From: Octopus bimaculoides
Taxonomy: Eukaryota
Direction: 5' to 3'
NCBI RefSeq assembly: GCF_001194135.2
Contig: NC_068993.1
Location: 55,887,335 to 55,951,334 of the forward strand
Length of the DNA: 64,000 bases
This document shows, one piece after another, positions 1-14,200 of the stretch (positions within the stretch are counted from its first letter, which is position 1; each line of letters opens with the position of its first letter). Both the position numbers and the translations under genes were made by a program. The notes beneath the pieces are model-generated. The model was not told the origin of the DNA. It ran no database searches and was given only the letters and a program-made list of their open reading frames with translations.

Positions 1-398
1 AGAACCTTCTAAGTTGTCATTTATTAACCACGAACATATTCTCAAGTTTCAAATCTCTCAAAGCTGTCACCAAATATTATAATAATTTTAGTTTTTCTCT
101 TGTTTATTTTTGCTTCCTGGTAAATATAAAAAAATTCTTGATAAAGTGTCTGTGCAAATCAAACACTAGATAAGTGAGCTTCTCTGATATTTACAGTTTG
201 TCTCTACAGCACCAACAAAAAACACCAGTCATACATTGCATCTAATTCCATGGAATTGTATCTTCTTGAAACCATTTAGACTAATTAGTTACGTGATATG
301 GATTTAGTGCTGTGAACCTTTTGTCAGGCGAGTCCGACACTGTGCCCAGTGCTCTGAAATTTTCTTATTTTATTCTTGTCTTTACTTTGCTATTTCAG

Positions 399-539
399 AC
401 TTGCTGTCCAGTGTGCATGGATCGACTAAAGAACATGATCTTCCTGTGTGGTCACGGAACCTGCCAGATGTGTGGTGACCGTATGGCCGAGTGTCCAATA
501 TGTCGCAAGGCTGTTGAGAAAAGAATCCTTCTCTATTGA
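399..539 (+). CDS. MIB1: E3 ubiquitin ligase Mind bomb 1, terminal coding exon (last RING finger)
   Basis: Acceptor ttgctatttcag at 398; [46 protein letters not shown] is near-identical to the MIB1 C-terminus ([44 protein letters not shown]). Rest of gene lies upstream of the window. Confidence 0.95.
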   Translation, partial: TCCPVCMDRLKNMIFLCGHGTCQMCGDRMAECPICRKAVEKRILLY

Positions 540-960
540 TTTACTTCGAACTGACATTCTCATGTCAGGGCTCCCCTCTAGCAAAAGGATGAGAAGGGAT
601 TAATGCAAATGGAAATTTTTGACAAAAGAAAAAAAACAAAAAAAAAAACATGTATCTAGGGGAGGTTTGGTTACAACTTGCTATTCAAGATGTTTTGCTG
701 TATAATCTATTAGATTTATATCTTCCACCTTCTGACCCTTCAGACCTCTCCTGCTTCTAAATGTTGTTCTTGCAACAGTCTGTCCAGCTTTGATTTTCTT
801 ATTTAATCTTTCACCCTTTGATCTTTGCAACAGTTGTCATGGTGATCTAGTCTGATTCTCATCTGTTTTACTGTTTCCTTGAGTGCATCCCTCCCCCCTC
901 TCTCTCTTTAGTGTTGATACTGACCACCAGTCAGCTAAAACTGCCCTGTGTGTACCTCTT

Positions 961-1045
961 TAGTCTTGAAACTGTCCACACGTGTACTCCTAGTCTTGAA
1001 ACTGTTCACACGTGTACCCTAGTCTTGAAACTGTCCACATGTACT
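961..1045. repeat. About 30-bp minisatellite x3
   Basis: TAGTCTTGAAACTGT(C/T)CACACGTGTAC.. at 961, 991, 1020. Confidence 0.85.
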
Positions 1046-4000
1046 TTTAAACTCAGCACCTCTGCCAGAGGGGGGGGGGGGGAAATAAAAACAACTTTTC
1101 AAATATCTGCTATGACCCCTCCCCCCAAACTTTTAAGAATCAGATTGTGTTCTTCAGTTATTACTTGAAAAACATTCTGTCAATTATTGTCTGTAACCCC
1201 ACCTCCTCTAATTCCTTTCGGTAAAGCATAAGCACTTGAACTTCCATATTTCTCTTATAAATAAGTTTGGCTTCAATGGCATCTATGGTTGTTCTATTCT
1301 TGTTACATTTGATAAATATAATGCAACTCTTAAAAAAAAACATTTTATTCAGAAGAAAAGATTATTCCATCCCCTGTCACAGACTCTAGAAGAATCAACC
1401 GAATGTTGTGTCATTATTCTAAGTCACACAGGATCAAATCATGTCCATAATTTTAAATATATCCTCAAAATTTATTGAACAAACTATTACATTAAAAACA
1501 AAGGCAAACTTTTAAATATAGATGTTTTAGTACCAAATATAATTTAGTTGTATAATGTCTTCTACTTGTATTTCCTGGAGTAGAAACATACAACTAATAA
1601 GCCTTGTCTTTTTTCTGAAAAATCGTAGCTTAGATGTTTCAGGTTATTTTGGTTAATTATGTTAGAGACAGGCTTGTGAAGAGCTCTCTACTTTTCATTT
1701 TCTGTTTCACTTCATTTGACGTTAATAATACCTGTAAGAAAAGCATGAATCTCACACAATATCATTTGTCGTGTTGAAAGATAAGAATTTATCTTGGCAA
1801 TCTATAATTATGGAAATGCGTGAGAGAGAGAACTATTACTGTTTCTCTCCTTAACAAATACTCACATTATTATACTTGAAAGATGGTAATCTATAATGAA
1901 ATATAGATCCTGTAATTCTACATACAATCTTCTGTAACCCTCCACACCCATTACACTGGACGGATCCAAAGAAATATATATATATATATAAAACCTACTT
2001 CATTACAATAAATATCAATTTTAGATTTAAAAAAAAAATTGTTTTTTTTTTTTAAAAACATTTCTTTGAAAAGAGAAACCCCTTGAACCTAGGAGTCACT
2101 GTGAATGATACGTTTCATAGTTGGGTTGAATTACAACAGCCCTATCATTGTAAAAAGTATTAAAATCTTAACCCAAGATAAAAGACGTAACACAACAAGA
2201 CGAAATAATAAGAGACACAAATGGTGGCTTACATAGTTTAATGTCACAATAGCATAGTGATCAGTTTGTATGCCTCAATCTTCCACCACATGACACCTTA
2301 AACAGAGCACAATAAGAGCCTGTCTTCAGCAGAATTTCACACATCCATTCTTCATGCATCCTAATGTGTAAAAATAGAACTTTAAAGTCTTTTTTTTTCT
2401 GTTTTTGAATTCCTGAAAATGATTTTTATAATAAATTTTGGGGTTGGCTAATGTAGCCTTACTGAAATAGGGCCAGGCTTTGGGGGGGGGAAAAGGCCAG
2501 GCTTCTGATTATATCTGTGAAATTCTGCAAACAAACATGAATACAATGATAAATTTTGCAGATGACAAATATCACAGCTTAAAATTTGGATAAAAATATA
2601 ACATTGGCAATTTTACCAAAAATTCATAAATGTAAGCAATCTGTTTCCGAATTTATATTAAACCAAGGTCTTTGCCTGTACTATTTTTCTCTAGAGGAGC
2701 GGTATTAATGGTAATTAGGGTGACAATTAAAACCAAAGGAATGTTTGACTTAATAGAAATAATGACTGTGCTAAAGAATTTATCAAAGGCATTATAGAAT
2801 AGAGAGAGAGACATTGGCTACCGAACTCTGGTCAGTATGAAAATATAATGTAATCATACAAGAACAGTAACCCTATTTAATTAAAGATGACATGTAGAAC
2901 TGATAAATGTACAGAGAAAACCAAAGTAGAAGGAACACTGAAGCAAAGACCTTGGTTGTGTATTTAAACATTGTAGACCATCTTTGGGCAGTTCGAGATG
3001 TATTATGTAACACATTCACTTCCACTGATGAGACTTGTTTAAAATTAAATAGTCTGACCAATTCTTAATGAAACTTTCAATCCTCAGAGAGACTAATAGA
3101 TATAATGGTAAATAGAAGCAAAAACTTAAATAATGCAGACAAGTCTATGGAAGTTGATAGATTCTCTATAAATTAATTTTGTCTGAAATGTCCCTCAGAG
3201 AAAGTAGTCAAAGAAATCTGTGGACATCTTACATCAATTACCAACCAAAAATGGTCTTGAGACTTCAAAAAGAGTCAAGTGTTCACAAATTAGTGCTAAA
3301 TACTGCACTGACAAGCAGTTTTAATCTTCCCAAATGTTGAATAATTTCTCCACAGGAGAATGAAGTTGCTACAGATATTTGTCATCGACCTGCTGAGATA
3401 AAATTATATATACAATACATATGGCCAAAGTCACAGTTAGAATGGAGGGGGGAATTATTGATGTATATATTGTTTTAAAATATTAGTGCAAAGTATGAAG
3501 ATTTCACCCCTTCATGAAGCTTAGTGAGCAGCAAAAGTTTTCGTACTATGTACAGTCAGTAATGTAGTGCCATTGGATGTGTGTTACAAATATTCTGAAG
3601 TTGACATTACATGTAAAAACTATCAACAGCATTTTTATTGCTGCTGTGAATTTACAATTGTTTGACCTTAACTTACAAATAGTGTTGTCTACAAGAGAGT
3701 AAAGAGGAAATTTCAGTAGCTAGACACAACTCCAGGAAGCTAGGTCACTTCAAAGTTCTGTTCAGTTTATCTAAGTGTCAGCAGAAATGACAAATCTGTT
3801 TTAGGTCGACAGAGGTGGCAACTGCTTTAATTGAACAGATACACCAATCACACACAGAAATTACAATGACTTGGCCATAGTTATATTATAAAGCATAGTT
3901 TGAAAAATACAAGCTAAATATTTAAGGGGTTTTTTTGGTTTATTTAATCTAAGTTGGTGGGAGAGGGGACTAAAATAATAGGAATCAAATAAAAAAGCCT

Positions 4001-4679
4001 CAAATTTCAGTTGTTTTTAGCAAAAGTTGAGTAACAGAGACAAGGTGGAAACAAGTTTAGAGTTGACCAGAATTGTTTAATAAAAATTAGTATTTGGGTG
4101 AGAACGAGATTTTCAATGAAATATTCCTTCTTGAAGCACACTAAACCTTCACATTGGAAAAGTTCAATAAGTGGCTGAATAGTTTTAGTTTAAATAATTA
4201 TTACTGATGATGAACATTGCAATTATGTAGTTTCTATATTAAATAGAATACTAGCTGTAATCAGGGATGTAGTCTAGCATGAAATCTAACAAAAAACAAC
4301 CTGGAGGCAGAACTAATAAAATTAAACTACCAACTATTTTTTTAAAACTGGTTTTATGAGGATCATAGATGGTCTAGAGCCGAATGGAGTGTGTGTGTGA
4401 TATGCAGACACCCTCCACCCAACAAAATATGCAGCTGGTTGGTGTGTTAAGATTGGAAAGCAGAAGCCAAAGCATGGTTAAAAATGAAGCAAGAATTTAG
4501 AAGCTTTCCGCAAACAATTCACAGAACAACATAAAGGAGTTTACAGCAAAATATTTGAGAGTTAAAATGGAAAAAAAACAACAACAAAAAAACAAAACTA
4601 TTTGTGCATCATCACCATACATCTATTTTTCCATGCTAACATGTGTGTGTGTATATATATATATTATACTCGCACAGAG

Positions 4680-5810
4680 ATGGGTGGAGTAGGTATACTG
4701 TTGGCAAACAAATGATTAAAGCAACTCAGGTAGTCAGAGTATCTGAGAGAATAATGAAGACGGCAATGATAGCCTTTGCGTATACGCTACAAACAGGACT
4801 GACATGATCAAAAGAACCCTCTGTATGATACTGTGTTTGAGACATATTAGGCAATCGAGAGGATCATGGCTGATCTCCTACCAGCCAGGCAAACACACAT
4901 CCTAACACTGACAAAAAGAATCTGGAGAAGCCAAGGGATCTCTCAGTAGGTTCAAAGTAGTACTATATGACATGGAGAAACAGAATCGTAGTAGAGTCCT
5001 TCGACATACAAGACAACTTGATGCAAGAGCTATAGACCAGATTAGTGAATGTACTAATAATCCAGCCAGACAAGTGAAAGGATGCTACACCGTACAGTAG
5101 ATAGAGCCATAAATGCTAAGGGGCCTGGAAAGAATGAAATTGAAGTGTGGGAATGGGGGCAACAGAAGATATACTAAGCAAAGAGAGAAACTGAAAGCAA
5201 GAGGTTAGTCAATGTTCTCCAATGAGAGACTCTGCATTACAGAGCAGCGTGCTGGTGCGATAGAAGACCTTGCTAGTGAGAAGTGCATATGTAATGAAAG
5301 TGGCACTCTCACCCTAATTAACGAGAAGAAGACCAAGGAACAGAGATGCTACTATAAGATCCGGTTGAATACTCTAGAAGTATTTGAGAATTCTTGTTAC
5401 CTATTTGATCAAAGTAGCAGTGAAGGAGAGATTACTGAAAGCATAGTTATGGGAATGATTAGAAAAAAATACAAGAAACTGTTACCTCAATTGGCTACAA
5501 AGAGATTGCTGTTGCCAGCAGATTGTATAATACAATGCTGCATGTAGAGAAACATGCAGAGAGGATGTACAAAGGCTGGAAAGAAATGAAGCAAGTATGC
5601 TCTAAACGATATTTAATGCTAGTGTGTATGAATGAGGGAAAATGGTATACACAGAACCAGATGTAGGGTACAAGAAATACTGACCTGATATGAACATGTA
5701 GTGTATTGGGAGGGAAAACCTAGGAAGAGATGACAAGTGGTGAGGGTTGATCTCAGAAGGTTAAATTCTAAAAGTGAAGAGACACTGTGCTAGAGAAGAG
5801 CTAGCCAACC
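4680..5810 (+). mobile_element. Degenerate RTE-clade LINE remnant
   Basis: GGVGILLANK (APE-like), LEVFENSCYLFDQ..KYKKLLPQLATK (RT C-terminus), gGKPRKR..DL tail; many stops; ends approximate. Confidence 0.7.
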
Positions 5811-5944
5811 CAATCAAGCATGAGTAATGGCAATGATGATGAGGGGGGACACATTAAATGTAACACACATGCATGGAACGTGGATGTTAAATGATGATGA
5901 TAAATAATATACATTAAATATAAGTATATATGACACACACACAC

Positions 5945-5978
<34 letters not shown>

Positions 5979-6211
5979 TTATATACTGAAACTGAAACAA
6001 GCACATACACGTAGAAATATAGCGTGACACATAAGTTAGTTGCTGGGCAATAAAGACTGAAGAGGCAGCCAGTAATAATAAGCACAAAGAAAAGTGTAGG
6101 TACAAATGACAAAAGAGAATTGAAGCAGCAGCAGAGAGGAGAGGGATGAGGAGGAAGGAAGGAAGGAAGCAGGGATAAATAAGTTGAAATATTGACAAAT
6201 GATAAGGGGGG

Positions 6212-6607
6212 NNNNNNNNNNNNNNNNNNNNNNNNNNNNNNNNNNNNNNNNNNNNNNNNNNNNNNNNNNNNNNNNNNNNNNNNNNNNNNNNNNNNNNNNN
6301 NNNNNNNNNNNNNNNNNNNNNNNNNNNNNNNNNNNNNNNNNNNNNNNNNNNNNNNNNNNNNNNNNNNNNNNNNNNNNNNNNNNNNNNNNNNNNNNNNNNN
6401 NNNNNNNNNNNNNNNNNNNNNNNNNNNNNNNNNNNNNNNNNNNNNNNNNNNNNNNNNNNNNNNNNNNNNNNNNNNNNNNNNNNNNNNNNNNNNNNNNNNN
6501 NNNNNNNNNNNNNNNNNNNNNNNNNNNNNNNNNNNNNNNNNNNNNNNNNNNNNNNNNNNNNNNNNNNNNNNNNNNNNNNNNNNNNNNNNNNNNNNNNNNN
6601 NNNNNNN
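6212..6607. other. Assembly gap (N)
   Basis: N run. Confidence 1.
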
Positions 6608-6808
6608 TACAGGAAGTTACAGAAAGAATAAAAATTACAAGAGGGAGATTTAGAGGGAGGGGGGTATCACCTGATAATTTAATTGTTTTGTCTAAAAGAT
6701 TTTTAACTGCTGTGTGGCCCAGCTGGAGTAGGAGAGGTGCCACCAGACTTTTCAATGTTCTATCGGAATGTTCCCTCATCACAGCAGCAGCAGCAGCTGT
6801 TGTTGTTG

Positions 6809-6884
6809 TTACACCTTCCTGGTTCTTCTGATGGCTTTCTTCACAACACGGCCACTCTGGGGTTGAGAGCTGTCACTGTTGCCA
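6809..6884 (-). CDS. NUP153: NUP153 last coding exon (SGRVVKKAIRRTRKV*)
   Basis: Matches the C-terminal importin-alpha-binding GRKIKTAVRRRK; stop TAA 6809-6811. Confidence 0.9.
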
Positions 6885-9800
6885 CTGAAACAACAAAGTA
6901 AATCAGAATTATGTAACTTCAGAGTGAGGAGGAGGAGGAAGAGTAGAAGAGAAAGCAAAGTAAATGAAGATAAAAAAAAAAAAAACTTACCTGAATGTGA
7001 AATTTCCAGAAGTAAAATTGAAATTTGGGGTTGAATTGAACTGGAACCCTGGTGATGTTCCAGTACCCAGAGGACCAGGATTTGTGTTTGTAGAAGGGGT
7101 CTGACCAAACTGGAACAAATTACTATTCACAGCAGTAGTAGCAGCAGTAGTAGTATTGTCACTTGACTGATTGAAAAGAGAAAGAAGAATGTCTTGATTA
7201 CTGTCATGTTGCACAGACAATAACATTATTTAGCCTTGAAAAAACTTTTCCTTTCTATATTAATCAATGTATAACTTTATATACTGGGGCAGTTGTTGCT
7301 ATTTCCAAAAGTATGCTTCATTGATATGGTCAAAAGACCGAAACATGTTCAGAGTTGTCTCCCGTACTTGCCAGGAAAATAAACATATTGGTTTACAGCT
7401 TTTTCTTCATGTCTATGAATTAAATAGGTTTACACTAATTAACTTGTCTAATAACAATTATAAAACAAAATTACATTAGCATACAACCATGTCTACACAC
7501 ACACAATATGTATATATAAAAGAACTTTCAATATTATTCAGATGCAATCTGCAAATCATAAAAATGATCCTTTTGCTCCAGTCAATCCCGACTGTGGACC
7601 ACAAGGGGATATACTGTTGCTGTTGTGTTGCCTAGGATTCGTTATTTTGTCACATACTTGGCTATCTCAGTTACCATATCTATAATCCATTTTCTACTAG
7701 AACTCCACTTACTCTAGAGTTGTTGCTGACCAACTTCCCACTTGAACACAGTAAACAGCTATTTGGTTTCCCTCTAGAATATCTACAATCTCTTCAGATC
7801 TATTTTCCCTAGTTTACATACATGATTCAGAGGCAACTGGATGACAGTGAGCTAACTCAAACACAGTCGTTTACTAAGTGGCAAGAACATAACTTCAGCA
7901 AACCCTTGCTAAAAAACATTCTTAAGGTGGTGACAAGATTACAAGTAGAATATCTTTCATTAAATTTCCCAGTAACAATTCTACCTCTCAATGGCTAAAC
8001 TTCAGTGATCCAATCACTTCAGTTGTTAGTTGGTCAAGCTAGTTGTCTCCCAGTTACATTTGCATCATGCAAATACACTTGCCAGCTATTTGCAATGTAA
8101 CATTCTACAAAGGTAAAAAGTCAGGGAGTTGATGGATTACTGATAAGGAAACCAGCCATACAAACAAACAAACAAATGAAAGTTGATCATGCACTTACCT
8201 GCTTTCCAGTAAACTGAAACACACCACCAGTATTCGGGAAGCTAAATGGTTCAGAGCTACGGTTGGAGGTAAAATTAGCTGAAAATAACAAAGCTAGAAT
8301 TAGCATCTCAGGTTGGAGTAGAGACATAACAGAGGCAGTAATTGGTCAGCAGTATTATCATTGTGTTGTAAAACCATATAACTGAACTGATAACGAATGA
8401 ACAATAAACACCACTGGAGCATGGAACTTTTTAAAGGAAATGTTTTTCTGCAGGAATTCCTTAAAAAAAAAAAAACTGGTGTGGTGCTGGTGATATTGTC
8501 AAAGCACTCACTTGTGTCACTCAAAATCCATCTTCCATGCTGGCCTGGGTTGGACAGTGTGAAGGAGATGACTTGTCAAGCCCAGTGAAATTGTGGTTGT
8601 GGTTGATAGCAAGGTCATGTAAAAAGCATCCATTACACTCTCGGAGTGGTTGGCATTAGGAAGGGCATCCAGCCAAAGAAACCATGCCAAATTGGATGAG
8701 ATACTAGTGCAACTCTCCAGCTTACGAGTTCCCATACCAGCATGCGAAGCAGATGCTGAATAATGATAATTAAACTGAGACAATGCAGAGTACTTACTTG
8801 TTGCAGGTGTGGTAGTAGCTGCATTAAAAGGCTTGCTGTTAAACAATGGTGGTGTTGGGTTGGCTGGTCTAAATTGAAATGTAGGTGCAGAGGCACCGAA
8901 AGTAGCAGGAGAACTGGCTGCAGAGGCCGGACTGCCAAACACAAAAGCTGGGGTTGACTGAGTAGTAGTGGTAACAGTAGGGGCTGAGGCAGTTGTCTGA
9001 ACCAAGGGAAAATTAAAGCCAGGAGAAGTAAATGTTGAAGGAGCAGTTGTACTGCTACTACCACTGTTAGCACCACTACCACTACTACTATTGCTACTTA
9101 TTACACCAAACGCTGGTAATGAATTCCCAAATTGAAACTGCTGGTTGTTTGAAACTGTGCTGCTGTTGGTAGTGGTGGCAGAGAAAGGATTCTTATTAGC
9201 AGAGTCTGGAAATAGAAGATAAAACAGTAATGCAATAAACGAAAGACAAAACCAGTTTCCATCACAGGTTAAACCAGATAACAATACTGTACTCAAGAGA
9301 AGAAACAATTGGTTTTTTTTTTTCTTCAAGAAATAAAATTTCATATTGATTTTGTTTTCCAATCTATTCTAATGTCCATTAAATGAAGTCCTCACATCTA
9401 CTGGCAAAGATTCAAGATTAATGTTATTTGCAAATGTATACAGTTATCTCATTAAAACTGATCAGTTAGTGAGCTCAATAATTGACTTATGTTGGAACCA
9501 CTGAAAACTTAACACAGTCTGTTGAGGAGAGTCAATATTTCTATGTGTAGAGAGCCACAAGTAGGCAAGAATGGACCGTTGACAGCTAAGTGCTTTGGCT
9601 ATTGATACACTACCACTGACTGGTATGGGCTATCCAATGAACATTTGTATCAATTCTGTCCACTCAATTTCACTTACAAAGTTCAAGACATGATAGAAGA
9701 TACTTGCCCAAGGTATAGTACAATGTGATAACAAAGTGAACTTGACCACATGACAATGTTTGTTGATCTTCCCACTGATAACCTGGTACCTTAATGATTC

Positions 9801-11218
9801 AAAGATGACAGTGACTTTTTCTTAGTCAATAACTTCCAAGAATTATTAAAACATGTCTATGTTGGACTGAAGCAGAGAGCAACTTGCCCAGATGTTGGGG
9901 TCAGCACAGAAACCTAGAATCCAAATCAGCCAAAAGCACTTCCACAACCCTGGGAACCTGCATAAACAGCAGCATTATTTATATTCAGTTGTTAGAACAG
10001 GTCGGATGTTCATTTGGAACAACAATAACATATTCTTGAGTGCGAGTCTGCAGCAGAAGCAAGGCCATAATATCATATCTGTGATGGGGTTATGATTGAA
10101 ATAGTAAAGATAAGATTAATGACCAGTTTTCAATGAAACAAGCACTTACCAGAAAAAGATGTAAATCCTCCAGAGAAAATAGCATTAGGTTGAGCTGCAG
10201 CACTAAAGTTGAAGTCAGCAGCAGGTGTTGCGTTGCCAGAAGCAGAGGTCACTGAACGTTTAGCGCCACTTGGTCCATCTGTTCAATGAAGACATTCAAG
10301 TTTTGCTTAGTACAGAAATAGGGAGAAGCAGACTTATGATACGGTGGGATACAGTTTAGGCATCACAGAGAAATGACCAGCACAGTAATAAAGCCAATGG
10401 CATGGCTATTGATATCTACAAACAGTATATAAAGATGAGAATGTGTGTTTGTCTGTCTGTGTGAATCCCTAAATCTCGAGAACTACATAACCAATTTCAT
10501 TCAAATTTTACACATGCCTTACTTTGGGTCCATGTACTGTCATGGGCCCCCAAAATTTTCAACTTCTTGCCTAATGTGAGCTCAGAGAAATCTCTTATCT
10601 CTTCCGCTATTTCAGTATTACGTGTCAAAAGTAAAACAATAACATCTCTATTGTAACGTCAGACACTTTGGTACAATAATGCGAATCTGAAGCTTTTCAA
10701 AGAGGATATGAGAGGTAGGTTCATAGTCTCTTGTGTTAGAGACTATGGTGAGCAGTACCTTAGTAGAGAGAAAGAGTCACTAACACGTGCGATTATTATG
10801 TTAGTCAATCATAAAGCCAAGCCCACAGCTTCCACAACTTCTATAATATAGTTATAACACAACATACTACTGTAATATGCAGCTATAATATAACACAATT
10901 TACTTCATAAACATAAAACTATATTACATGATAAACTCCTGTAACATAGTAAGAGAGAAACTGAGATATACAGCGAAAGTCTGTAGAGAATTATAAATGA
11001 ATTACAAAATCTAACCTGCTTCATCATCACGTTCTCGCTTCAAAGGTGAAGTTAGACTAAAAGATGATTTAGGTCCCCCAGTAGAGGGAGCATTGGTATT
11101 TTTGCTACTGTCACTACCAAATATAAAGGTACTGGCAACTGAAAATAAAACAGAGATTGAGATTTATCAGTTCAATTCCTGAAAGAGACAGACAAATATT
11201 ACAAAATCAATTTCAGGG

Positions 11219-11250
<32 letters not shown>

Positions 11251-14200
11251 TTTAAATCCAAGAGGACCGAAGTTCTAGGGGAGAGGTTAAGTTGATTACA
11301 TCTACTCCAGCACTCAATTTATTGGGTCCGAAAGGATGAAAGACAAAGTTGACCTCAGCGGAATTTGAACTCAGAACATGAAGACGGACAAAATGCGAAG
11401 CATTTTACCCGGATGGCTAATGATTGCGCCAGCTCACTGCCTTAATAATAATAATAATAAAAAAATTGTGAAGGTTTAACATACCATTCTTAGTGCTGTC
11501 AGAACTCCCTGCAGTCCCAAAAATAGGTGTTGCTGATTTCTCTGTGCTGACTGAAAATGTCGGTAGAGCGGCTGATGAAGTGGTTTTTGTATCAGGAGCA
11601 GGAATCTTGAAACCAGCAGCAACAGGCTTATCTGTCCCCGTAAAACAAAACCCTGATGATGATGATGGTGATGATGAAACTGCTGTAGCAAAAGTAGAAG
11701 TAGGAGCTGTAATAGGTAGTGCTGCACTTGCAGTTGTGCAATTCAGTGAAGAACTGTTGCCACTGTTTGAAGTAGAGGGATCAGCTAAAGAAGTCAAAGG
11801 TGCCGTTGTTTCCTTCATGCTAAATGGAAAGCCATCAGATTTAGGTTGTGAAAAGACAAAACTAGCAGGCTTTGGCTGGTCATCACTTTTCTCTTTTTTA
11901 TCATCACTATTACCAAATTTAAAGTCACTGCCAGGTTTATTTCCAGGTACTGGTGATACAAAACCAAATTTAAAACCTGACGAGTTTCCAACCCCAGATT
12001 CACTTTTAGTTGAATCTTCCTGTGAAGATGGTACTCCAAATTTAAACCCATTGCTTGGAGCACTTGACACGTTGGGATCTAATTTAAAACTTGAAGAAAT
12101 TGGTGCAGTTTCAGAACCAAATTTGAAGCCTGTAGAAATTGGTGCTGCATCAGACGTGGAACTTGTACCAAATTTGAAAGCAGAAGAAATTGGTGCAGAA
12201 TCAGATGAAGAACTTGCAGCACTGAATTTGAAACCTGTTGAGGTTATGACACCAAATTTTGGTAGAACATCAACTGAACCTGAAATAAGGAAAAAAGTTG
12301 GACTGATTATTTGAGAAACGTTTAAAATTTCTTTAAGGTCTAAATAAAAAAAAGGATATTCTCATGAATAATGATGAACAAATGGATATATCTAGTAAAA
12401 CAGTAGAATCTGAGAAGCCTAAATGGTGGAATATATATTATATGATGAGGAAGAAGAGAAATGCAATGTTTTGGGGCAAAACCTTTATCAAGAGTTATCT
12501 CTCTGACAAAGGTTTTTGCCTGAAGCAAACTTTTATTCCTAAAACAGCCTAAAGCTTATTCTACTGTTTCACCCTATTTGTAATTGATATATCTACATTG
12601 TTACATCATTCAGTAATGCTGGTAGAGAACCATACTCACACCGATGCTCACTTCTGCTAGACGGTTTGGTAATGTTGAACTAATTAGAACTTATTTACAT
12701 TCGACGGATATTTGTCCTCATCTTGTTTGTATCGGCCTATATACCCTCCAGCCTTCTGGATCTGAGGAGTACCAAAGAATTGAATTCTTCATGACGACAA
12801 TGCATCCTATCGCCAAGTTCTCCTCACCTGTGACTTATTCACCATAAACAACATGGTATCACTTCCACACCTGTCCCATTCACCAGATTTAGCACCTGCA
12901 GACTTTCATCTCTTCCCCAAGATGAAAATACAGCTCAAAATCCACCGTTTTAACACAGAGCAAACTGCAGAAGGTGCTTAACACACTCATGGAAAACAAC
13001 TTCAAGACCGGATTCCAAAAGTGGCAGGAATGCTTGGATCGGTGTATTGCTGTGCAAGTTGACTATTTCAAAGGAGATGTTAAAACGTAGGTAAATAAGT
13101 TACTTTTTATTAAACATAATTATTCCGGTAACCTTTCGATACCACCTCATAATACATGTGTTTATCTGTGGATATCACTTCTGTTTCCATTGTGGCCGAT
13201 GACAGTACCGTCTGATTGGCACCCATGCCAGTGGAACGTTAAAAGCACTATTTAAGCATGATCGTTGCCAGTGCCGCTGGACTGGCCCCTGTGCCAGTGG
13301 CATGTAAAAAAGCACCATTTTGAGCATGACCGATGCCAGTACCGCCTGGCTGGTCCTCGTGCCGGTGGCACATAAAAGCACCCACTACCCTCTCGCAGTG
13401 GTTGGCGTTAGGAAGGGCATCCAGCTGTAGAAACTTTGCTAGATCAGATTGGAGACTGGTGCAGCCTTCTGGCTTGCCAGCCCTCAGTCAAACCGTCCAA
13501 CCCATGCCAGCATGGAAAGCAAATGTTAAACTATGATGATGAAAGGATCTAGTTGTTTTGTAAATGAAACAGAACTATGAAAACTCCCAGTCAGTTGAAT
13601 GAAACAATGAAGTAGGAAAGAGAATGCCTTGTTTTTTTCCCCATTTTCCCAGTCTGGAGAAAGGGGTAGTGCACAAAATTAGTAAGGACATTATATTAGA
13701 GAGCTGATTTCCAGGGAAAGGATTGGGCATAATTGTCAGTGAGAGGCTGGAGATGGGGTTGGGTGCGACAATGATGATGAGAAATAAAGAGGCAAGGGGG
13801 AGGAGATACAAGACGAGCCAGTTCTGGGTAACAAAGGTCATTACAGGAGCAATAGAAAAAAATGGAAAGCAGAGACAGCATGACTGGACGAGAGGCAGAG
13901 TGTGTCTGATAGGGATTTGACGCCAGTCAGTTTAAGTAGTGCTTCTATGGATGTAGTCCTGGATGTCTGTGTGCATAGCAGCAGGACGGTCCCAAATGTT
14001 GAGAGGAGAACTCCACTGTAGGATTCACTTCAGCTTTGTATAATATCGGCGATTGTTGGGAACTGAACTATTTTATGGCCCTGAAGAGAAGAGCTAGTCT
14101 TTTGAATGTGGTTCTAGCTGAATGGCATTCAACTTTTGGGTTTGGTGTGATGGGGTTTTCTTGTTATAAGCAGGACTTGAACTTTTTGCCGATATAAAGG

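Noticed and set aside
6036-6831. Long ORFs spanning N gaps (also 42105-43030, 47908-48390, 57580-58006)
   Set aside because: Artefacts of N runs read as X
11493-12314. 273-aa antisense ORF
   Set aside because: Fully overlaps NUP153 exon 21 on the other strand, with no splice or start context; best explained by the low-complexity sense codons
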